Source: Candidatus Parcubacteria bacterium (GTDB lineage Bacteria > Patescibacteriota > Minisyncoccia > Phycocordibacterales > CAIJYI01). From it: a stretch of 64,000 nt of DNA. The notes below the pieces were generated by a model. That model searched no databases and was not told where the DNA came from. It worked only from the letters and a program-made list of their open reading frames with translations. Position 1 is the first letter of the stretch. Each line of letters opens with the position of its first letter. The position numbers and the translations under genes were made by a program. This document shows, one piece after another, positions 56,671 to 64,000 of the stretch. The stretch is taken from assembly GCA_026395595.1 (NCBI GenBank), contig JAPLYL010000004.1, positions 8,086 to 72,085 on the forward strand, given 5' to 3'.

Positions 56671-56955
56671 CTACGCGTGAAGAAGGTGAGATATTTGGGC
56701 GGTCTCAAGAGACAGAACATAAGCTACTTCTTTTGCGGAATCACTGAGGTCTTTTAGCGTATCGCTAACCGTATCTCCACATCGTACGGTTGTGATTTTC
56801 CCGCCGTTCTCGTCAAGAAGAAAAACATGTTCAATGAAGGCTTCCCCTTTTCTTTTTTTAGGGATGGAAATCGGTGTCATTGTCGGTTCAAATGGTACCA
56901 CTTTTATTTCATGTAAGTGGTATCTTTCTCTGATAATGCTTGGAATGGCAGTCAT
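56671..56955 (-). CDS. Hypothetical protein
   Basis: SD AGGAG; hairpin at 56636-56660. Confidence 0.5.
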   Translation of the reverse strand: MTAIPSIIRERYHLHEIKVVPFEPTMTPISIPKKRKGEAFIEHVFLLDENGGKITTVRCGDTVSDTLKDLSDSAKEVAYVLSLETAQISHLLHA

Positions 56956-57064
56956 CTCGTACTCCTGTTGTTTTTATGATAGAACAAAATTCTTGTATAC
57001 TATATCACAATGAATTGTATTTGTAAAGAGTTTTTCCCGGATGATAAACTGGTATCATATGATT

Positions 57065-57688
57065 ATGAAAAAACAGGAAAAAGCGGAGCATATAGTGAAG
57101 GATTTGAAAAAACTTTTTCCTGATGCAAAAATGATGCTTCGTTACCGTAATCATTGGGAACTTCTTGTCGCAGTGGAACTCTCTGCTCAATGCACTGACA
57201 AAAAAGTGAATGAGATTACTCCGGCGCTGTTCAAAAAATATCCGACACTTGCTGATTATGTAAACGCAAAACCTTTGGAATTTGAAAAATATATTTATCA
57301 GTCGGGATTTTATAAAAATAAAACGAAAAATATACTGGCGGCGGCAAAATTAGTTTCTGAAAAATTCGGCGGGAAATTACCGAAGACAATGAAAGAGATG
57401 CTGACCATTCCGGGAGTGGCTCGGAAGACGGCAAATATCCTGCTTGGAGTTGCTTATGGCGTTGTGGAAGGAATCGCCGTTGATACTCATGTAAAACGGC
57501 TTACGAAACTCTGGGGACTTACAGAAGAAAGTTCTCCCGAGAAAATAGAGAAAGACCTGATGAAAATTTTACAGAAAGAAGAGTGGCAAAATTTTACATA
57601 CCGGGTTATTGAATATGGAAGAAAGTATTGTACGGCAAGAACGAAAGACCACTCAGTGTGTCCATTGGGAAAATATGAAAATAAATAG
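57065..57688 (+). CDS. nth: Endonuclease III
   Basis: LSAQCTD, PGVARKTA, VDTHV. Confidence 0.92.
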   Translation: MKKQEKAEHIVKDLKKLFPDAKMMLRYRNHWELLVAVELSAQCTDKKVNEITPALFKKYPTLADYVNAKPLEFEKYIYQSGFYKNKTKNILAAAKLVSEKFGGKLPKTMKEMLTIPGVARKTANILLGVAYGVVEGIAVDTHVKRLTKLWGLTEESSPEKIEKDLMKILQKEEWQNFTYRVIEYGRKYCTARTKDHSVCPLGKYENK

Positions 57689-57695
57689 AAAAGTA

Positions 57696-57739
57696 TAAAT
57701 CTAGTCAAAGTTCGCATATGCGAACTTTGACTAGATTTA
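57696..57739. repeat. Perfect 44-bp loopless palindrome
   Basis: TAAATCTAGTCAAAGTTCGCAT|ATGCGAACTTTGACTAGATTTA. Confidence 0.95.
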
Positions 57740-57747
57740 ATCATTTT

Positions 57748-58572
57748 ATGACGAAGATAAATATCACAGAAATTTTGAAATGGTATGAGCTTAATAAACG
57801 GGATCTTCCATGGAGGAAGATTGGTATTTCTGCGTATGAAGTTTGGGTTTCGGAAATCATGCTTCAACAAACTCAGGTCTCTCGCGGGATCATTTTTTAT
57901 GAACGTTTTTTGAAAAGATTTCCTACTGTTCAAAAGTTAGCGGAGGCGGATTGGGAAGAATTTTTGCCGTATTATGAAGGGTTGGGATATTATAACCGCG
58001 GGCGGAATATGCTTAGAGCCGCGAAAATTATCGTTGAGGAGTTTGGAGGAGAATTTCCGAAAGAGAAAACGGCACTGATGAAGTTTCCGGGAATCGGCGA
58101 GTATAGCGCGTCGGCAATTTTATCATTTGCTCACGATATGCCGTATGTCGCTTTTGATACGAATTTCAAAAAGATTTTCGGGACTCGTGAAGTTGCGGAA
58201 AAAGCGTTTAAGACGAGCGGAGTTTTGAGCTCGGTTTTTAATAGTGCGGTAATGGATTATGCGTCCGCTCACCGCGAAGAAAAAAGTAAAAAGAAAAAAG
58301 CAAAAAGGACGACGAACGAAACAATCGTTGTATTGCATGAAAATCACAAAAAGTATTTTTCAGAAAACAAAGAAAAATATGAGCCGTTCGTTATGCCGAA
58401 AGGGGTTTTTTCCCGCGAACAAATCAAACAGCATTTTCTTGAAAAATTTGGATTGAGAATTTCCGTGCGTCCCCCTGGTAAAGATGGCTTTACTAATGCA
58501 CAGATTCTTTCGGGAAAACATCAGTTTGTCTGCTTTTCAAAATCAGAAAAAAACGGTACTATAATTCCATGA
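57748..58572 (+). CDS. mutY: A/G-specific adenine glycosylase-like protein (truncated MutY)
   Basis: RDLPWR, WVSEIMLQQTQ, GLGYY, PGIGEY, DTN. Confidence 0.82.
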   Translation: MTKINITEILKWYELNKRDLPWRKIGISAYEVWVSEIMLQQTQVSRGIIFYERFLKRFPTVQKLAEADWEEFLPYYEGLGYYNRGRNMLRAAKIIVEEFGGEFPKEKTALMKFPGIGEYSASAILSFAHDMPYVAFDTNFKKIFGTREVAEKAFKTSGVLSSVFNSAVMDYASAHREEKSKKKKAKRTTNETIVVLHENHKKYFSENKEKYEPFVMPKGVFSREQIKQHFLEKFGLRISVRPPGKDGFTNAQILSGKHQFVCFSKSEKNGTIIP

Positions 58573-59504
58573 CAAAACTACCTGAAATAAATGGGCATGT
58601 ATGGATAGGGACGGAACCCATTACTCTTGATGATATTGCCGACAAAGTGGTATTGGTTGATTTTTGGACGTACTCTTGCGTTAACTGTTTACGGACTTTG
58701 CCGCATCTTCGGGAATGGCATGACAAATATAAAAATGACGGGTTGGTGATTATCGGCATCCATACTCCGGAGTTTGAATTTGAGCAAAGTCCGGAAAATG
58801 TAAAAGAAGCAGTTCTTCGGTTTGGCGTAAACTGGCCGGTGGTGTTGGACAATGATTTTGAAAACTGGGATGCTTTTGAAAATAAATACTGGCCGGCAAA
58901 GTATCTGGCGGACAGAGAAGGCAATATAGTTTATACACATTTCGGAGAAGGCGGGTATGAAGAAACTGAAGAGAAGATACGGGAGTTGCTTGGATTGGGT
59001 ACAAAAGGAGAATCCGAGCATAAAGAACATTCTCATGGGGCCGTGTGTTCTGTTGCCACGGCAGAAGCCTATTGCGGTTACATGAGAGGAAATATCGCGA
59101 ACGAACTTGGTTATGCGGAAGATGCAGAAGAAGAGTATAAGGAAAACTCTGATACGAAGGAAGGTGAAGTAAATTTGAATGGAAAGTTTTTTGTGGCGCA
59201 TGAATATGCGGAATCACGAGAAGATAGCGCAACGCTTTCTCTGAAACTCCGCGGTACGGAAGTGAATTTGGTTATGGCTCCGGCGAAAGGCGAAACCATC
59301 GTTGAAATTTTGTGGAACGGAAAATCGGTGCCAAAAGAACTTCGCGGGAAAGATATTTCTGAGGAAGGGAAGCTGACTATAAATCGTTCCGATATGTTCA
59401 ATTTGCTTAAAAGTAAAACGCCGATAGAAGGTACTGTTACGATACGGGCCGAAAAAGGAAATTTTCGTGCCTATGCCTTTACATTTTCGGGGTGTATGGG
59501 TTAA
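58569..59504 (+). CDS. Redoxin with DipZ-like C-terminal domain
   Basis: DFWTYSCVNC, HTPEFEFE, YWPAKYL, GEG.Y, YAFTF. Confidence 0.85.
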   Translation: MTKLPEINGHVWIGTEPITLDDIADKVVLVDFWTYSCVNCLRTLPHLREWHDKYKNDGLVIIGIHTPEFEFEQSPENVKEAVLRFGVNWPVVLDNDFENWDAFENKYWPAKYLADREGNIVYTHFGEGGYEETEEKIRELLGLGTKGESEHKEHSHGAVCSVATAEAYCGYMRGNIANELGYAEDAEEEYKENSDTKEGEVNLNGKFFVAHEYAESREDSATLSLKLRGTEVNLVMAPAKGETIVEILWNGKSVPKELRGKDISEEGKLTINRSDMFNLLKSKTPIEGTVTIRAEKGNFRAYAFTFSGCMG

Positions 59505-59561
59505 GATGTTCATTGTCCTACACCTCATGGATTCCGGATCAAGTCCGGAATAACGACATAC

Positions 59562-59635
59562 GCACCCTTAGCTCAGCTGGTTAGAGCGCACGATTCACAT
59601 TCGTGAGGTCGGAGGTTCGATCCCCCCAGGGTGCA
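59562..59635 (+). tRNA. tRNA-Val (anticodon CAC)
   Basis: Acceptor GCACCCT/AGGGTGC, TAGCTCAGCTGG, CACGA-TTCACAT-TCGTG, GGTTCGA; CCA not encoded. Confidence 0.93.
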
Positions 59636-59657
59636 CTTGGATAAACACAAAATTACT

Positions 59658-60002
59658 ATGGAACAACCACCAAATACTATTGAAGATTCTTCATATTTTG
59701 AAGTAAAATTCGGTCGGGATACGACCAAGAGCGCGGTGATTAAAGCTATTAAGGACGAAAAGCCGGTACAATTTTTGTGCACGAGATTCGGCGACCTGTA
59801 TCTCTCTAACATGGGGCATGACTCAATGAAAAGAGCGAACGGCATTGACGCTGATGAAGTCGCCACTCGCGGATGGATGAAATTGAGCTACGACCTTCGG
59901 GAACTTCAGGTAGTGTACGAAGAAGCGGTATCCCCCGCTATGAAAAAATCTATTTTGAATGTATTAAAAAATCTCCAAACACAGTTGAAAGAGGACCAGT
60001 AA
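59658..60002 (+). CDS. Hypothetical protein
   Basis: ORF immediately after tRNA-Val. Confidence 0.5.
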   Translation: MEQPPNTIEDSSYFEVKFGRDTTKSAVIKAIKDEKPVQFLCTRFGDLYLSNMGHDSMKRANGIDADEVATRGWMKLSYDLRELQVVYEEAVSPAMKKSILNVLKNLQTQLKEDQ

Positions 60003-60097
60003 AAGATTGACTTGCCTCTCTACACAGGTTACTATGATAACCGGTAACTTTGTTGCAGGTCTTTGCAATTTCAACCAAACCGAAAGGAGGTTTGTTT

Positions 60098-60547
60098 ATG
60101 GTACAACTGACAAAAGGAATGTATGGAAGCGAGTCTAATCAAACGGGAGACTTGTTCGGTCTCGCGTGCGGACAAATGTGTTCCGAAAAGAAAATTACGC
60201 ATAACAGCGGATGGTATAACCGTTCGGGCGAAAAATTGGGTTGGGGCGATCTCAACGCTGAAGATTTTGCCCGCATTGCCAGAGAACTTGATGCGGGAGA
60301 GTTTTTTATTATTCTTTCCGAACAAGATTCTCGCTGGAAAGTTCCTGAAGGTAAAGAAGAAGACCCGGGCGTTCTTTATGTGGCAGAGCATGCCCTGTAT
60401 ATTATAACGCGCAATCAGCTCTTCAGAGTTGATGATTGGGGTTATGAAAGAGGACGAAGAGAGGAGGTGTACGGTCTTACTTTTATTATCTTGATTAAAC
60501 AAGATGTGAAAGCGTTTATAAAGCACTCCATTCTTCAGGATAAGTGA
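60098..60547 (+). CDS. Hypothetical protein
   Basis: SD AAAGGAGG; TTGACT-17-TACTAT promoter; HNSGWYN..GEKLGWGDL motif. Confidence 0.6.
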   Translation: MVQLTKGMYGSESNQTGDLFGLACGQMCSEKKITHNSGWYNRSGEKLGWGDLNAEDFARIARELDAGEFFIILSEQDSRWKVPEGKEEDPGVLYVAEHALYIITRNQLFRVDDWGYERGRREEVYGLTFIILIKQDVKAFIKHSILQDK

Positions 60548-60550
60548 GTC

Positions 60551-61183
60551 GTGAAAAACAAGCTTATTATCTTTGACTTTGATGGGGTTTTACGGGAAGC
60601 ATCATGGACGCATATGTATCATACGTATCGGGCATTTATTGAATTAGTAGGGAAAGATCCCGATCTTTTCTTTACTGATGTCGATTCTTTCAGGAAGTGG
60701 TGCGATTATGATTGGCACAAAAACGAAGAGAGAATTCTCGGGGGCGAATATTACCCGAATAAAACACTGAATGAATTTTTTCATGTTTACCATGACGGAC
60801 TGGTAAAATTGTTTCCGTGGGTTCCTGAAAGCCTCGAATTGCTTTCAAAAAAATATCGATTTGCCATTCTTTCTTCGTCTGTCAGTGTGAGTGTGAAAGG
60901 TTCACTTGGAGATCTCTCGCGATATTTTTCTTGCATCGTTGGCGCGGAAGAAGTAATCAAACTGAAGCCTGACCCTGAAGGAGTTCTTCTTATTCTGAAA
61001 GAAATGGATACAGAAATAAACGACGCGATGATCATCGGAGATACGCATGTTGATTTTTTCGCTGGGAAAAGAGCTGGCATAAAAACCGGTTTAGTAAAAT
61101 GGGGGATGGGAGATTGGGAAGAACTTTCAATACTCGGTGCAGATCTTTTGTTTGAAAGACCGGAGGAATTGTTAGAGTTGTAA
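60551..61183 (+). CDS. HAD-superfamily phosphatase
   Basis: FDFDG, KPDPEG, IGD...D. Confidence 0.9.
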   Translation: MKNKLIIFDFDGVLREASWTHMYHTYRAFIELVGKDPDLFFTDVDSFRKWCDYDWHKNEERILGGEYYPNKTLNEFFHVYHDGLVKLFPWVPESLELLSKKYRFAILSSSVSVSVKGSLGDLSRYFSCIVGAEEVIKLKPDPEGVLLILKEMDTEINDAMIIGDTHVDFFAGKRAGIKTGLVKWGMGDWEELSILGADLLFERPEELLEL

Positions 61184-61307
61184 GATAAAAAATAATTCTA
61201 TCTGCCGGCTAAACTTGGCGGAGAGACCTCCAAAAGGAGGACTCACCGCCAAGTTTTAAACTATCGTAAAACACCGACCAATTTTTGGCCGGTGTTCTTT
61301 TTTTTGT

Positions 61308-61814
61308 TTATGATGATCTTACTTTTAATCGGTGCTGTTTGGTTTTGTCTACTTTAGGGAGTTTAATGATGAGGAGACCATGCTTTTCTATCGCGTCGGC
61401 TTCCGATGGATCCACTTCTTCAGGGAGTTCTATTGTTCTTGAAAATGACCCCCAGTAGAGTTCTTGTAGCAGATAATTTTCAGACTCTATATTGTGAGAA
61501 CGTTCTCTAAGACCGCTGATAACGACGGTTTCTGGAGTGATGGAAATAGTGAGGTCTTCGGCTTTTACTCCCGCCGGCATGGTTTGGATATAAATATCGG
61601 TATCGGTTTGATAAATATCAACAGCCAGCTGTCCTTCGCTATTTTTTTCCTCTTCTGATTCGTCTAAGGATGATTCGGAGTAATCCGGCGGAGCTATGGT
61701 AAAATCTCGGAAAGCAGGCGTTGCCTGTTCTTCTTCATCAAGGGTGACCCCCGTTATTCTTTGGAAGAAGGACGGTTTTTTCTCGTTCGCATTTGTTTTG
61801 AACTTTGAAAACAT
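61308..61814 (-). CDS. Hsp20/alpha-crystallin small heat-shock protein
   Basis: VDIYQ, ELYWGSFSRTI.LP, GLL.I.LPK. Confidence 0.9.
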   Translation of the reverse strand: MFSKFKTNANEKKPSFFQRITGVTLDEEEQATPAFRDFTIAPPDYSESSLDESEEEKNSEGQLAVDIYQTDTDIYIQTMPAGVKAEDLTISITPETVVISGLRERSHNIESENYLLQELYWGSFSRTIELPEEVDPSEADAIEKHGLLIIKLPKVDKTKQHRLKVRSS

Positions 61815-61833
61815 ACTATTTAAAAAATGATTT

Positions 61834-62625
61834 TTATTGCGGAGGAGCGAAATAAAATGATGATTTCTTTATCTTCTCAAAGAGAGCGATAATCACCACG
61901 ATGACAACCCAGAGTAGGGCGAAGACGCCGAGCAAGGATTGTCCTCCTCCTATCATTATAAAATAGTTAAACGCCGTGTGCAATGCAAAAGCGAGGATAA
62001 GTCCTGTGAATAAGTAAAAGTATTTTTTCCACCGGCTTTCTCCGAGACCGAAACCGATAGAAAATCCGATAAGAGCAGAGGATGCGACATGCAAGAGCGA
62101 TGCTCCTATAAAACGAAGCTGAAGCGTCGTAATGCCGACAGCGAGCGCTCCTCCGTCTAAAGCGGTAAAAACAAACAAAGCATTTTCCGCTGCGGAAAAA
62201 CCGAGAGCGGCGGAGATCATATACATGATGACGTCTATCGGTTCATCAAAGTACTGTGTGCGGATGCCCGCTATAAAGGCAGCGTAGTATTTGAAAGTTT
62301 CTTCAATGACCGCCCAGATGAAAAATGTTGAAAACAATATGGTTCCTCCGCTCCAAAAAGTAATTTTTTCAAAAAGTATGGCGAGAGGAACAGCCAGCAT
62401 CCCGAAAAGGAAAGCTTCAAAAATTATTTTTTTCGGTTCAGGATGTACCTTGTCTTCTTTGAGCCAAAACCAGAGCCAGAAAAGAGCGGGGAGAATCCCT
62501 CCGAGAAGAGCGCCGATGGTGCGAGAAGAATCCTCGGGAAACTTCATTGCTATCCAAGTGAGAATGAAAGCAAAGAGAGCGACACTCCCTGTTTTTTTAA
62601 TGTTTATATGGTGGTGCGTGGCCAT
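61834..62625 (-). CDS. PrsW-family intramembrane metalloprotease
   Basis: PEP, IEE..K, LGF.A.EN, H, H..FN. Confidence 0.88.
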   Translation of the reverse strand: MATHHHINIKKTGSVALFAFILTWIAMKFPEDSSRTIGALLGGILPALFWLWFWLKEDKVHPEPKKIIFEAFLFGMLAVPLAILFEKITFWSGGTILFSTFFIWAVIEETFKYYAAFIAGIRTQYFDEPIDVIMYMISAALGFSAAENALFVFTALDGGALAVGITTLQLRFIGASLLHVASSALIGFSIGFGLGESRWKKYFYLFTGLILAFALHTAFNYFIMIGGGQSLLGVFALLWVVIVVIIALFEKIKKSSFYFAPPQ

Positions 62626-64000
62626 TTTTCAACAAGCAAGAGCTTTTTATTTTTAATCGGCAACATTCCCCAGATTTCTTCCGTAACGAAAGGCATGAAA
62701 GGGTGAAGCGCTTTTATCGTGGTGGTGAGGACGGTCCAAAGAACCCATTGAGCAGATGCTTTACTCTTTTCATCGTCTCCGAAAATGCGGGGCTTGGAAT
62801 CTTCAATGACGACATCGGCAAAAGTGTGCCAGAAATAGTGGTAGAGTTTTTCTCCCGCAAGATAGAAACGATATTTTTCAATATCTTCGGTAATTTCGGA
62901 AATGGTATTTTCCAGCTGAGCCAAACGGTCTTCATCTTCGCTCGTAAGCGCCGGAGCAGTTTCGGTATCCAACCCTTCAATACTCGTCAATACGAAACGC
63001 GCAACGTTCCAAATTTTATTCGCGAAATGTTTGTATCCGCGGATCTTGTCTTCGGAAATGCGCATGTCGTTGCCTGGCCCCGTGCCGATAATAAGAGAAA
63101 GGCGTACGGCATCCGCTCCGTATTTTACCGACATCTCCACGGGGTCAATTCCATTGCCGAGAGACTTGCTCATCTTACGTCCTTGCGTATCGCGAACCAG
63201 TCCATGCAAATACACGGTACGGAAGGGGACATCTCCAAGCAAATATCCGCTCATGAGAATCATACGGGCGATCCAGAAGAAAAGAATATCGTAACCGGTT
63301 TCCAAAACATTCGTTGGGTGGTAATTTTTGAAATCGGGCGCTTTCGTGTCGGGCCAGCCGAGCGTGGAAAATGTCCAGAGTCCGGAAGAGAACCATGTAT
63401 CAAGCGTGTCAGAATCTTGTATCCACCTGCCCGTCGTAGCTGGAGCGGAGTCGGGACCTTCGCCTTCAGGCGCTTCAATTCCGCAATATATTTCATGATC
63501 GCGATACCAAACCGGTATCTGATGTCCGTACCAGATCTGACGGCTCACACACCAGTCCCGAAGATTGTCTATCCAGTGGTAGTATACTTTTTCAAAACGT
63601 TCCGGAATAATTTGCGTTTGTCCGTTTTCAACCACGGCGCGCATCATTTTTTTGAGGGTCGTTTTGCTTCCGGGTTTGATGCCGTTAATTTTGGAATTTT
63701 TGAGCGTGAATTCTTTGTTCACATTTACGAACCACTGTTTTTTCGGAAGCGGTTCAATAATGCCACCGGTTCTTTCCGCGGTTGCAAGATTTTGCGGAAT
63801 TTCTTCTTCCTTTTCCAAAAGATTTTCGGTCTTGAGCCATTCAACCACAATTGTGCGAGCTTCGGCAATTTTTTTGTCTTTGAGTTCCGGTGCCTCCACC
63901 ATCATTTTTCCATATTCGTTGATGACCTGCTTTACCGGCAAACCATGTCTCTTTCCAATCTCCCAGTCAATGGCACTATGCGCTGGGGTAACTCCGACGG
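62604..64000 (-). CDS. valS: Valine--tRNA ligase, 5' part beyond the window edge
   Basis: TPAH, DWCVSRQIWYGH, LDTWFSS, KMSKS, HPFMPF. Confidence 0.97.
   Translation of the reverse strand, partial: VGVTPAHSAIDWEIGKRHGLPVKQVINEYGKMMVEAPELKDKKIAEARTIVVEWLKTENLLEKEEEIPQNLATAERTGGIIEPLPKKQWFVNVNKEFTLKNSKINGIKPGSKTTLKKMMRAVVENGQTQIIPERFEKVYYHWIDNLRDWCVSRQIWYGHQIPVWYRDHEIYCGIEAPEGEGPDSAPATTGRWIQDSDTLDTWFSSGLWTFSTLGWPDTKAPDFKNYHPTNVLETGYDILFFWIARMILMSGYLLGDVPFRTVYLHGLVRDTQGRKMSKSLGNGIDPVEMSVKYGADAVRLSLIIGTGPGNDMRISEDKIRGYKHFANKIWNVARFVLTSIEGLDTETAPALTSEDEDRLAQLENTISEITEDIEKYRFYLAGEKLYHYFWHTFADVVIEDSKPRIFGDDEKSKASAQWVLWTVLTTTIKALHPFMPFVTEEIWGMLPIKNKKLLLVEKWPRTTI
63426..63455. repeat. 30-nt palindromic element inserted in frame in valS
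   Basis: CCTGCCCGTCGTAGCTGGAGCGGAGTCGGG, read on the minus strand as PDSAPATTGR. Confidence 0.6.

Noticed and set aside
57718-57747. MutY start at 57718
   Set aside because: That ATG is the centre of the 44-bp palindrome; ATG 57748 fits the family N-terminus better
59562-61256. Integrative island at tRNA-Val (also considered at tRNA-Ala)
   Set aside because: Orphan genes follow the tRNAs, but there is no integrase and no duplicated tRNA 3' end (att site) in the window

Overview
This is a gene-dense bacterial chromosome segment. It looks like a Patescibacteria/CPR (Parcubacteria-like) genome; this is an inference from SD-less core genes, a GAD-less AspRS, Fe-S-reduced Nth/MutY, and Ig-like surface proteins. 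Housekeeping genes: dnaK (3' part), rlmN, nrdAB, recR, dnaB, trpS, aspS, scpAB, mraY, ftsW, nth, mutY, valS (3' part), tRNA-Ala(CGC) and tRNA-Val(CAC). Most notable observations: (1) a purine-catabolism operon xdhA-xdhB-guaD-[HD/coiled-coil/ART-like 723 aa]-Mpv17/PMP22-xdhC; (2) a stand-alone, strongly structured ~300-nt RNA at 25.5-25.8 kb with its own promoter and terminator, matching no family I recognise; (3) a surface module of a 1861-aa adhesin, a dockerin protein and a membrane-anchored cohesin; (4) an ultrashort transcriptional T-box before aspS; (5) a 6S-like RNA; (6) a porin-like beta-barrel; (7) several families of small palindromic/heptamer repeats, including a nested composite and a 30-nt in-frame insertion in valS. 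No CRISPR array, transposase, integrase or rRNA is seen. All family assignments are by motif recognition only; no searches were run.
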